Source: Escherichia phage phAPEC8
DNA: 64,000 nt
Strand: one strand, 5' to 3'
Sequence record: NC_020079.1
The translations under genes and the position numbers were made by a program. Shown here one piece after another: positions 56,356 through 64,000 of this stretch. Within the stretch, counting starts at the first letter, position 1. Each line of letters opens with the position of its first letter. The notes below the pieces were generated by a model. The model worked only from the letters and a program-made list of their open reading frames with translations, did no database searches and had not been told where the DNA came from.

Positions 56356-56527
56356 TTTGACTATTAATACATCTGTGTTTGAAATCTCCAGAGAAGCAAT
56401 AAAGTTGCTCTCCATCTCGGTATAAACTCACTTTACTGCCGTTGATTACGCTTGTCAATACAAAAATTACAACAAACAACCCTATTGCAAAACAAATATT
56501 TTCAAACACAACCAACAAGTATTTCAT
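56282..56527 (-). CDS. small membrane protein overlapping the lipoprotein gene start
   Basis: 81-aa ORF with N-terminal TM helix (LLVVFENICFAIGLFVVIFVL); its 3' part overlaps the lipoprotein gene in another frame, so true extent is uncertain. Confidence 0.3.
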   Translation of the reverse strand: MKYLLVVFENICFAIGLFVVIFVLTSVINGSKVSLYRDGEQLYCFSGDFKHRCINSQNEESKYEKTSPDFNWLYLFNSLRG

Positions 56528-56874
56528 TTTAAAAATACCTCATCATCAGTCTCATTATCCCAGAAGAACAAATCCCAACCATTCGGATCATTCCATTTGG
56601 CTGCTGGAGAAGTCCATATTTGTTCGATATCAATATTCAAAACTTCACCGTTTCGTTTTGAAACAGCTTTAGTTAATTCCCAACGAGATACAGGCTCTAC
56701 TTCCCCTGAACCACTCCCACAACAAGCTACCACGTTAGGAGGCAAATTAATTGGATCTTTGGTCACGATCATAACGCTTACCCCAGGGTAAACTTTTGAA
56801 AGATAATCTAAAACGTAATCCACATCACCAGATAAATCCCAAACAAGTTCTTGAATTTCATCAAAATTATTCAT
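56524..56874 (-). CDS. hypothetical protein
   Basis: 116-aa acidic ORF immediately downstream of the TerC-like gene. Confidence 0.45.
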   Translation of the reverse strand: MNNFDEIQELVWDLSGDVDYVLDYLSKVYPGVSVMIVTKDPINLPPNVVACCGSGSGEVEPVSRWELTKAVSKRNGEVLNIDIEQIWTSPAAKWNDPNGWDLFFWDNETDDEVFLK

Positions 56875-56916
56875 AAGTCTCTCCTATAAAATAGCCTCCC
56901 GAAGGAGGCTCATCTA

Positions 56917-57891
56917 TTAAACAGCAGCTTCTTCTTTTTCAGGGAAGATAAAGCTTGCAATAACACCAAGAGCTAATGTGCCTAGAACAATCATCAGACT
57001 TACGTTAGGGGAAATATCATGCGGGAGGAATGACCACTTGGCATGAAGTGTTTCACCGAACGGGTGATACATAAGTTTAGCACCGACAAATACCAGAACC
57101 ACAGCAACAGCTTTCTCTAAGTGAACCAGATATTTCACAGCCACACTTAACACAAAGAAAAGTGCACGTAAACCAAGAACAGCCATCAGCATTGCAGAAT
57201 AAACTAGCAGAGGTTCTTGTGTCACACCGATCACAGCCGGAACTGAATCAAAAGAGAAGACAATATCTGTAAGCTCAATAACAAACACACAAAGAAGAGC
57301 AGGAGTTGCATATTTAATACCATTCTTAATGGTGATGAACTTTTCACCATCTAGTGCATTGTGCACAGGCAGAACTTTACCTACTAAACGAACAGCCCAA
57401 TGCTTAGAGTAATCAATATCCTCTTCTTCGTCACCACCTTTGATGATAGCCACGGCAGACCAAGCTACAATCAAACCGAACAACACTTGGACCGACCAAT
57501 GAAGGTTAAACAAAGCGGTCCCTGCTGCAACAAAAATACCTCGGAAGACAATGGCTCCTGCAATCCCCCAAAGTAAAATCTTATGTTGGAGATGTGTGCT
57601 CTTAATTCCAAAGCTTGCAAAAATTGCCATGAACACCATCAAGTTATCTACAGAAAGACTCTTTTCCAACACATAGCCACTTAGGAAAAGCGCGGCAAAC
57701 TCTTTACCATGTTCTACCCAAATGAATGCGTAATATCCTAAAGCTAAAGCAATCCAAAAAACAGACCAAAGCAAAGCAGATTTAATTCCAATTTCTTTAT
57801 TCTCTTTATGACCAAAGAAATCGATACCAATAGACAATGCTAAAATACCAACCAAAACAACTACATCAATAATGGGGAAACCAAGTTGCAT
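56917..57891 (-). CDS. TerC-family integral membrane protein
   Basis: 324 aa, multi-pass hydrophobic; contains EKSLSVDNLMVF and ELTDIVFSFDSVPAVIG, matching the two conserved TerC blocks (SxDN and ExxDxxFxxDSxPA). Confidence 0.6.
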   Translation of the reverse strand: MQLGFPIIDVVVLVGILALSIGIDFFGHKENKEIGIKSALLWSVFWIALALGYYAFIWVEHGKEFAALFLSGYVLEKSLSVDNLMVFMAIFASFGIKSTHLQHKILLWGIAGAIVFRGIFVAAGTALFNLHWSVQVLFGLIVAWSAVAIIKGGDEEEDIDYSKHWAVRLVGKVLPVHNALDGEKFITIKNGIKYATPALLCVFVIELTDIVFSFDSVPAVIGVTQEPLLVYSAMLMAVLGLRALFFVLSVAVKYLVHLEKAVAVVLVFVGAKLMYHPFGETLHAKWSFLPHDISPNVSLMIVLGTLALGVIASFIFPEKEEAAV

Positions 57892-57910
57892 TATTTTCTC
57901 CTTTCTCTTT

Positions 57911-57929
57911 GCGGGGAACCACTCCCCGC
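57911..57929 (-). promoter_or_regulatory. 5'-UTR stem-loop upstream of the TerC-like gene
   Basis: Stem GCGGGGA/TCCCCGC with 5-nt loop, 20 nt upstream of the ATG at 57891 and downstream of a promoter-like element; no U-tract. Confidence 0.3.
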
Positions 57930-57941
57930 CTCATGTGATAC

Positions 57942-57969
57942 ATCTTACTCTATTCTAAAACTTTGTCAA
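57942..57969 (-). promoter_or_regulatory. possible sigma70-like promoter (TTGACA-N16-TAAGAT) upstream of the TerC-like gene
   Basis: Consensus -35 TTGACA (57964-57969) with a weak -10 TAAGAT (57942-57947). Confidence 0.3.
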
Positions 57970-57972
57970 CAC

Positions 57973-58194
57973 TTATTTTGAAGAACTTGAGGAAAAGATC
58001 CCACGTAGTACAGCCATGATAAATGCCACACACACCACAGTCCAGAAGGTGACAGGAACAGTGATATCTGTGTGACCCATCATTTCAACAACGTAGTTAT
58101 AAGCCAGCAGCAGAAGCCATGCTGGAATCATACTAATCAGAAAAGCAATAACAAACACAATAATCACTGCAAGAATACCTGCTAAAACGCCCAT
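57973..58194 (-). CDS. small hydrophobic membrane protein (3 predicted TM segments)
   Basis: 73 aa, almost entirely hydrophobic (ILAVIIVFVIAFLISMI, WLLLLAYNYVV, VTFWTVVCVAFIMAVL). Confidence 0.45.
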   Translation of the reverse strand: MGVLAGILAVIIVFVIAFLISMIPAWLLLLAYNYVVEMMGHTDITVPVTFWTVVCVAFIMAVLRGIFSSSSSK

Positions 58195-58207
58195 AATATT
58201 TCTCCTC

Positions 58208-58681
58208 TTAAAGTTTATAAATAGTCACATCGTGACCTGTTTTTACTAAAGTTTCTTCAATCATCACTTGGATGATAGCCCAATTACCTCCAGCATGTCC
58301 AGCGCCAATCATAGGTAAGCCGATCTTACATTTTTGGTCACGGAGAAGCAAATCGTTAGCCATAGCTATTAGTGCATCGTAAAGTGCATCATAGTCCAAC
58401 TGACGACCTTTAGCATTGTATCCGTAACGGTATTGCCCGTATAGATTATATACCAAAGGGTCTGATTGTTCGTCTGGCACTCCTAAACTAAAACAACCTA
58501 GTTTACTTTGATCACCAGCCATTGTGTCTAAGTCTGCTGCATATGCGTAAGGAAATGCTCGTTTGATTTGTGGGGCAATACCTGCCCCCATATTACACAT
58601 ACAGTTGCAACAATGAGCAATAACAGTTACTTCACCTGCTTTAGCGGCATCAATAAGATTACCTGTTTTCATTTTAAGCAT
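58208..58681 (-). CDS. macro domain protein, TARG1/DarG-like (ADP-ribose-processing hydrolase)
   Basis: Track ORF 58208..58786 trimmed to the ATG with SD AAGGAG just after the upstream stop; motifs VIAHCCNCMCNMGAGIA and GLPMIGAGHAGGNW...VTIYKL parallel human TARG1 (AHCISEDCRMGAGIA, MPRIGCGLDRLQW...ITVYTL, from memory). Confidence 0.65.
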   Translation of the reverse strand: MLKMKTGNLIDAAKAGEVTVIAHCCNCMCNMGAGIAPQIKRAFPYAYAADLDTMAGDQSKLGCFSLGVPDEQSDPLVYNLYGQYRYGYNAKGRQLDYDALYDALIAMANDLLLRDQKCKIGLPMIGAGHAGGNWAIIQVMIEETLVKTGHDVTIYKL

Positions 58682-58694
58682 TTTTAGCTCCTTA

Positions 58695-59522
58695 TTACAG
58701 AATGTGTTGTTTTGTGTAACGATCCAAGAATTCAAAGTTTTCAGCATACTTTGAAATTCGGTTGTAACCTTCTCCCAAGCATCCAAAGAAAAGTTGCTCT
58801 ACATAGTAATGTGGCAATTGGCTAAGAATGATTTTGAAGTCTTCATGATTTTGGCCCATAAGATACTTAATAGGACGAACAAGACACTGTGCATCACGTT
58901 CTTCATTAATCATTTTAACAAACGCTTCCGGTGTATTAATGTAGTTAAAATTCAGTTTAGCTTCGGTATCTGCTTGATTACCTTCATATTTTGCAAAATA
59001 CAGGAAGTAAACATCATTTTTAACTTGATTTTCATTAAGGATCTCAATCAGTTTGTCTTCATGCGTTCCAGTGATATTTACATCATCAATGAATACAAGC
59101 TTCTTATCACCCCAGAATTCTTTGTTACAGTAGAATGTATCCCCATCAATAAGTTTCTTACGACTAGCTTTATCCAAGAAACCATAATCGTTGATATAGC
59201 TAACTTTACGATGAATAATGTCCAGTTCTGCTGAACGACCTTGATCATATTGTGATTGCAACATATTAAAGTAATTAATAAAATGATCTGTCATCATTGT
59301 TGCAGCATTATGCACATGGTTGTAAGGAGAAGGAATGATAACAAATTGTTCCCCAATATGTTTCATTGCCACTTGAGCAAAAAACTGAAGTGCCAATTCT
59401 TTACCCATACGACGCGCGGCTTGGTTACTACCAAATTTCAATTTTGAATAATCTTGGATATCAAAAGTAGCAGTTTCCAGGTCATCAAATTTATTTGCAA
59501 AAATTTGAGTTTGATTACGCAT
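58695..59522 (-). CDS. type I phosphoribosyltransferase-fold protein (PRPP-binding loop)
   Basis: 275 aa; KKLVFIDDVNITGTHEDK matches the PRPP-binding motif (hydrophobic-DD-x-x-TG-x-T) of type I PRTases and PRPP synthetase homologues. Confidence 0.5.
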   Translation of the reverse strand: MRNQTQIFANKFDDLETATFDIQDYSKLKFGSNQAARRMGKELALQFFAQVAMKHIGEQFVIIPSPYNHVHNAATMMTDHFINYFNMLQSQYDQGRSAELDIIHRKVSYINDYGFLDKASRKKLIDGDTFYCNKEFWGDKKLVFIDDVNITGTHEDKLIEILNENQVKNDVYFLYFAKYEGNQADTEAKLNFNYINTPEAFVKMINEERDAQCLVRPIKYLMGQNHEDFKIILSQLPHYYVEQLFFGCLGEGYNRISKYAENFEFLDRYTKQHIL

Positions 59523-60171
59523 TTACAATTTCTCCTCTTTTAAGTTTCTCTAGTAAGTCGTTAGGGTTCTTAATATGACAGAAGTTAAATCCTAAGTCAA
59601 CACATTTTCCATCATATTCTTCACTATCGCCTACGTGCAATACTTCGTGCCCTAACAGAGGGATCGGAGAATACGTGAGCGTGCGAGCAAAGAATCGCGG
59701 ATCTGGTTTACAAAGTAAAGCTTCATCCGAGAAATGGGTGAACTCAAAACAATTCCAACTATCAAACTTACAAGCACGACGCAGGATATCCCCTGATATA
59801 AAGTTGGTATTGCTCTTAATACTCAAATCATAACGTCCCGAAAGATACAGCAAGTACATCGGCAGATCCACGGCTACGTGTGGTGGAAACTTAAGGAACC
59901 ACTGTTCACACTCGAAACGAAGCTTTGCAGACTTCCAAGGTGTTATCCCAAGTTCAGAACCAAGTCTTTCCCAGGCGTATGCTGCACACTCGGCTTTGCC
60001 TTGAAGTGCTGCATTATCCAGTTCCTTTTTGATCTTCTTATAAGCTGCTCTTGCTTCCACTTCCGTAATATCTCCATATTTTGCGATAGTCCAGGCTCGC
60101 ATGTCTGCGTAATTGGAGTTTGCTGTGATCAGTGTGTTCCATACATCAAAAGAGATATGTTTAATAGTCAT
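59515..60171 (-). CDS. HAD-superfamily hydrolase-like protein (putative phosphatase)
   Basis: 218 aa; N-terminal ISFDVWNTLI (motif I-like, Dx(W)xT) and C-terminal LHVGDSEEYD (motif IV GDxxxD); second Asp of motif I is replaced, so assignment is tentative. Confidence 0.4.
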   Translation of the reverse strand: MTIKHISFDVWNTLITANSNYADMRAWTIAKYGDITEVEARAAYKKIKKELDNAALQGKAECAAYAWERLGSELGITPWKSAKLRFECEQWFLKFPPHVAVDLPMYLLYLSGRYDLSIKSNTNFISGDILRRACKFDSWNCFEFTHFSDEALLCKPDPRFFARTLTYSPIPLLGHEVLHVGDSEEYDGKCVDLGFNFCHIKNPNDLLEKLKRGEIVNA

Positions 60172-60172
60172 A

Positions 60173-60778
60173 TTAAGCCCACCATGCGTCTAAGTTAAGA
60201 TTACTGTCCACTACCACTTGTTCTATGTGGTAGCCTTTTATCTGTATCCCACTGTTCAAGAGCATATCATACGCTTCATTGAAACGCAACTTATCTTCTG
60301 CGGAATATAAGCGAGCATTATAAAATCGGTAATCAATTTCTTCAGCATTAGAAGAAATACGGAAGAAGTTTGTTTCTACTTCGGGATCACTTGCTGAAGT
60401 CTTAATGTGAACTTCTCCGTAATTTTCTTTACTTAGATCCATGAAAAGAACACAGGCAACATGTTTAAACATTCGTTCCAGTTTGTAACGAACAACATTG
60501 AAACCTGCATTCTCAAGTTTTTCTACACACTGCAACATTAAAGTAGTGTCGAGATCGCTTTGATACTTTGTTAACATACGATCACGTTGAGACTTTGTAT
60601 CCCGATGTAAATCAATTGTTGTGCATTTGGCACCAATAATCTTAGCTGCTTTCATCAACTCTTCAGAACTAACGTTAGATAAAGTAAGATGAAAGTGGGC
60701 TTTCCACACTTTTTTAGCAGGGACACCAAAAGATTTATCCCCACTATTCGGCATGTTGACTACTACACTATGTTGCAT
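60173..60778 (-). CDS. hypothetical protein (one HxTx motif, possible 2H-phosphoesterase relative)
   Basis: 201 aa; contains HFHLTL but a clean second HxT/Sx motif is missing. Confidence 0.4.
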   Translation of the reverse strand: MQHSVVVNMPNSGDKSFGVPAKKVWKAHFHLTLSNVSSEELMKAAKIIGAKCTTIDLHRDTKSQRDRMLTKYQSDLDTTLMLQCVEKLENAGFNVVRYKLERMFKHVACVLFMDLSKENYGEVHIKTSASDPEVETNFFRISSNAEEIDYRFYNARLYSAEDKLRFNEAYDMLLNSGIQIKGYHIEQVVVDSNLNLDAWWA

Positions 60779-60793
60779 TACTTATCTCCTCAC

Positions 60794-60985
60794 TTAAAAT
60801 GGAAGTCTTTGAAGTTCATCTCCTCCGATATCAAGTAATTTAGCAACATCTCGATCAGAAAGCAACTCTTTTCTTTGTAAAATATCCACAAGGGTTGCAA
60901 GAATGTCCTTAACGTCCCGATCACTGTTCTTCAAAAGTTCTCCTGCCGTCCCTACTCTATCTCCTACAGCAAAATATGTAACCAT
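60794..60985 (-). CDS. hypothetical small protein
   Basis: 63-aa ORF between nrdG and the downstream metabolic genes. Confidence 0.4.
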   Translation of the reverse strand: MVTYFAVGDRVGTAGELLKNSDRDVKDILATLVDILQRKELLSDRDVAKLLDIGGDELQRLPF

Positions 60986-60997
60986 GAAACCTCCTAG

Positions 60998-61468
60998 TTA
61001 ATCTGATTGCCAACCACTTGCCGTTTTGGTCCATAATCTTTGATTATCTGACCCTCTGAAAGGTTTTGTAGTTGGATTGTTTATTTCATACTTTCCGTCT
61101 ACAATAATGTCAACAAGATTTTTAATATACAAAGGCACTTCCTCAAAAGTATACCCTGTATACACCATTATATCTTTGCTTGACCCATAAACGTCTCTAA
61201 CCTTTTCTATAAGGTTTTTAACATTGTAAATATTCTGTGGATCTAATGGCTCTCCTCCTAAAATTGTTAAACCTTTTACAAACGGTCTTGACAAATCTTT
61301 TAAAACTTGCTCTACATTTTCGTGAGTAAACGGTTTCCCATAAGAATAAGACCAGGCTTTTTGGTTAAAACAGCCACGACAACCGTGGCTACAACCACTA
61401 ACCCAGAGGGAGCACCTAACTCCCTCACCATTAATAAGATCTACAGGTTCGTATCCTGCAAAATTCAA
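60998..61468 (-). CDS. nrdG: anaerobic ribonucleotide reductase activating protein (radical SAM)
   Basis: 156 aa; VDLINGEGVRCSLWVSGCSHGCRGCFN parallels E. coli NrdG (VDIVNGPGTRCTLFVSGCVHECPGCYN, from memory); start overlaps the nrdD stop. Confidence 0.85.
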   Translation of the reverse strand: MNFAGYEPVDLINGEGVRCSLWVSGCSHGCRGCFNQKAWSYSYGKPFTHENVEQVLKDLSRPFVKGLTILGGEPLDPQNIYNVKNLIEKVRDVYGSSKDIMVYTGYTFEEVPLYIKNLVDIIVDGKYEINNPTTKPFRGSDNQRLWTKTASGWQSD

Positions 61469-63279
61469 AAATGTTTCTCCCTTTGCAAAACTTCCTGCAT
61501 TTTACCTTTGTTGTAAGGCCGTGAATTAGGGGCAGAAAGATACCCTGATACACGTCTAACTACAGAAATAGTTTCTTCTTCATGGTTGCCACAATCAGGA
61601 CACTCAAACCCTTTAGCCGTTGCCTTAAATTCTCCATGAAAACCACACTTAAAGCATTGATCCACGGGCTGATTAATACCAAAATAGTGAATATGTTCAT
61701 AAGCGTAGTCTACTAAAGTCTCCAAAGCTTCTAAGTTATTCTTTAAGTTTGGTGTTTCGACATAACTTATGTTACCACCATTACTAATCTGTGCAAAACC
61801 TGCTTCATAATCCCATTTTTCAAAAGGATTTGTTACCAACCACACAGGTTGATGAAAAGAGTTAGTAAGATAATCTCTTTCTACCAAACCTGGGTATTTT
61901 TCATTTAAAGCTGTTGCAAACTTATAGCACAAGGATTCTGCTGGAGTTCCATAGAGACTAAACGCCAAATTAGATCGTTCTTTAAACACAGCACACACAT
62001 CTTTCATATGTTGCAGAATGTTTTTACCAAGTTCCTTTTTATCTTTTTCTTCTGGATAAAGGATTTCCAAAGCTTCGGCAAGACCTACATAACCAATACT
62101 AATAGAAGCATAACCACCTTCAAACAAAACACCAATTTCATCGTTGGCATTTAAACGCGCTAAAGCCCCTTCCATGAAAAGAATAGGGTTTTCAGATGCT
62201 TTGGTATGTCTGATACGGTTTACACGTAGCATGTGAGCATCGTAGGCTATCTCCATATGTTTATTAAGAAGATCGGTGAAAGATTCTCCTTTACTTCTCG
62301 CTTCCGCAGCGATCAGAGGTAAGTTGATAGAAACTACTCCAAGGTTGAATCGTCCATCGTATTTTTCTCCTTGTTCTGTGGCATAGTACGACAAAAAGGA
62401 ACGACAACCCATACTCGTAACAGTGCCATCTGCTGATCCCGTAACTTCTTTGTTCAAAGGAACAGAAATAAAATCTGGATAAATACGATCAGCACAACAT
62501 GCCAAAGCTTGTTGCTTAAGGTCATAGTTAGGATCACTAGGTTTCATGTTAACACCTTCTTGTAAAAAGAAAATAACTTTAGGGAATACAGGCGTTACAT
62601 GATCTTTGCCTAGACCATTACTATGCACTTTAAGATAGTTAGCTGTGATCATTCTGCCAAAAACAGAGGTATCCAGACCCATACTGATTGTAATAAAAGG
62701 AGATTGTCCATTAACACTCATTAAAGTATTAACCTGATACAAGAGAGTTTGCATAGCATCATATACATCTTGTTCGGTCATTTCTAGGGCTTCTTTCCTT
62801 GCATAACAACCGTAGCGACGTTTGGTTATCTCCATGTTTTTAAGGAAACTAGCTTCAACATAAGGACTAAGACCTTTATCAATGTGCGCACACGTCTGAC
62901 CTCCATACTGACTGGAGGCAACAGCTTGGATGATTTGAGTTAGCACTGTGGTAGCTACTCCAATAGATTTTGGTTTTTCTATCTGTGCGGCACCGATTTT
63001 AAAACCATTTTCTAACATATCTTGATAATTAACAAGACAACAGTTTGTAAGAGGAGAGAGCAGATAATCCAAGTCGTGAATATGTCCAAAACCTTCTGTA
63101 TGCCACTCTGACAAGTTTTTTGGCAGTATCTGTGTCATTGCCATATGTTTGCTTAAAATCCCCGCCAAGAGATCCCTATGCGTGTTAACGAGGTGGGAAG
63201 GTTTGTTTGCATTCTCTCTAGTGTATGTTTCTGAAGTACGATCTAAAAAAGAAAAAACATCTTGGTACAAATCTTTCAT
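61465..63279 (-). CDS. nrdD: anaerobic ribonucleoside-triphosphate reductase (glycyl-radical enzyme)
   Basis: 604 aa; C-terminal zinc ribbon CFKCGFHG...CPDCGN followed by glycyl-radical motif RRVSGYL; gene pair order nrdD-nrdG. Confidence 0.85.
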   Translation of the reverse strand: MKDLYQDVFSFLDRTSETYTRENANKPSHLVNTHRDLLAGILSKHMAMTQILPKNLSEWHTEGFGHIHDLDYLLSPLTNCCLVNYQDMLENGFKIGAAQIEKPKSIGVATTVLTQIIQAVASSQYGGQTCAHIDKGLSPYVEASFLKNMEITKRRYGCYARKEALEMTEQDVYDAMQTLLYQVNTLMSVNGQSPFITISMGLDTSVFGRMITANYLKVHSNGLGKDHVTPVFPKVIFFLQEGVNMKPSDPNYDLKQQALACCADRIYPDFISVPLNKEVTGSADGTVTSMGCRSFLSYYATEQGEKYDGRFNLGVVSINLPLIAAEARSKGESFTDLLNKHMEIAYDAHMLRVNRIRHTKASENPILFMEGALARLNANDEIGVLFEGGYASISIGYVGLAEALEILYPEEKDKKELGKNILQHMKDVCAVFKERSNLAFSLYGTPAESLCYKFATALNEKYPGLVERDYLTNSFHQPVWLVTNPFEKWDYEAGFAQISNGGNISYVETPNLKNNLEALETLVDYAYEHIHYFGINQPVDQCFKCGFHGEFKATAKGFECPDCGNHEEETISVVRRVSGYLSAPNSRPYNKGKMQEVLQREKHF

Positions 63280-63350
63280 TATTAATCCTTATTTTGTGAG
63301 TAGAACTATTATTCTACCTCTTCCAACCGAAAAAAGCTTTGAGGAAAATC

Positions 63351-63374
63351 AAAAAAGGCGCAAAGTGCGCCTTT
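63351..63374 (-). terminator. rho-independent terminator upstream of nrdD
   Basis: Stem GGCGCA/TGCGCC (63357-63371); on the minus strand it is followed by U6 (plus-strand A6 at 63351-63356). Confidence 0.6.
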
Positions 63375-63379
63375 AAGTT

Positions 63380-64000
63380 TTATCGTTTGGAGAGGAATTG
63401 TCTTCCCATGATCTTACCGTTCTTTACAGCGGTCCCATCGTGTCCATTATAATCCCAAGTTCCATCAATGTTACGCAAGAAGCTATCACGAACAGTGTAG
63501 GCTTTACCGTTCTCTACTTTACTTTCTTCAACAATGATTGCCATAACAAGCTTATTTTCAATTTCGGTAGTAACCGATTCTTTAATACCCTCTGTAACTT
63601 CACGATCATATTGGATATAAACTCGCTCCTCGGTTACTTGCACATCAACCACATTTTTAAATGTGTATGTCTGTTGTGTAGTGTAGAGGACACGAACGAC
63701 ACTCTTCTTACCTACCGGAGGCTTCTTACGAGGCTTACGGTAACGTGGTTTAGGGTTGTTAGTTGGAAGCCAACCAACAATATCCCGATCATATCCAACA
63801 TGACCCCAAGTGAAATGCGTAGCCGATCCACTATCCGTAGTTCCGTCACGAAAGAGAACTTCTACGTGACCACCACAAGGGCGGTGTCCACCATTATTAT
63901 AGTTGTATTTTGCCGTGCGCGGGAGAATGAAGTATTCTTTAATCGCCCACTCTTCCAGATTGTCGATATTCCAAGTGAATACTGTTCCCTTAGCAACATC
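63380..64000 (-). CDS. partial ORF (N-terminus beyond window), possible M15-like peptidoglycan peptidase domain
   Basis: Track ORF 63380..63652 is the 3' end of a frame that stays open to nt 64000; in-window part includes NYNNGGHRPCGGHVEV, loosely resembling the GGHVE ending of L-Ala-D-Glu peptidase endolysins. Confidence 0.3.
   Translation of the reverse strand, partial: DVAKGTVFTWNIDNLEEWAIKEYFILPRTAKYNYNNGGHRPCGGHVEVLFRDGTTDSGSATHFTWGHVGYDRDIVGWLPTNNPKPRYRKPRKKPPVGKKSVVRVLYTTQQTYTFKNVVDVQVTEERVYIQYDREVTEGIKESVTTEIENKLVMAIIVEESKVENGKAYTVRDSFLRNIDGTWDYNGHDGTAVKNGKIMGRQFLSKR

Noticed and set aside
58695-59522. Possibility that the PRTase is specifically the ADP-ribose pyrophosphate synthetase of the two-enzyme phage NAD-reconstitution pathway
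   Set aside because: Only the generic PRPP-binding loop is visible and no Nampt-like partner ORF of about 450-500 aa exists in this window; kept as a generic PRTase-fold call.
60173-60778. 2H-phosphoesterase (LigT/Acb1-like) assignment for the 201-aa ORF
   Set aside because: Only one HxTx motif (HFHLTL) is present; a second catalytic HxT/Sx motif could not be found, so the call is left as hypothetical.
1-64000. CRISPR arrays, tRNA/rRNA genes, integrase, transposase or other mobile-element hallmarks
   Set aside because: No repeat-spacer periodicity, no recognisable integrase/recombinase or IS motifs; intergenic gaps are too short for tRNAs as far as can be judged by eye. tRNA absence is not proven without a dedicated scan.

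Overview
This window reads as a contiguous stretch of a large, apparently virulent tailed dsDNA phage genome (myovirus-like, probably infecting Enterobacteriaceae), with no rRNA, tRNA, CRISPR, integrase or transposase recognised by eye. All calls rest on motif reading and synteny from memory; no database search was run. Nt 1-36995 are a plus-strand late/structural arm: terminase 3' end, portal, lambda-like head module with a gpE-like major capsid protein, sheath/tube, tail chaperone with a -1 frameshift site, tape measure, baseplate, and at least six large fibre/spike genes including an endosialidase-like tailspike and a collagen-like fibre. The arm ends at a bidirectional terminator (36997-37031). 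Nt 37059-64000 are a convergent minus-strand arm: SSB with an E. coli-type C-terminal tip, family A DNA polymerase, NPPF-motif methyltransferase, T7 gp4-like primase-helicase, four glycosyltransferases, NrdD/NrdG, and many small proteins. The most unusual content is in the minus arm: a dispersed Ter-like gene set (TerD, TerY-like vWA, TelA-like, TerC) and, adjacent to it, a TARG1/DarG-type macro domain next to a phosphoribosyltransferase and a HAD-like hydrolase. I read these as candidate host-takeover or counter-defence modules. Several sigma70-like promoters and intrinsic terminators punctuate both arms.
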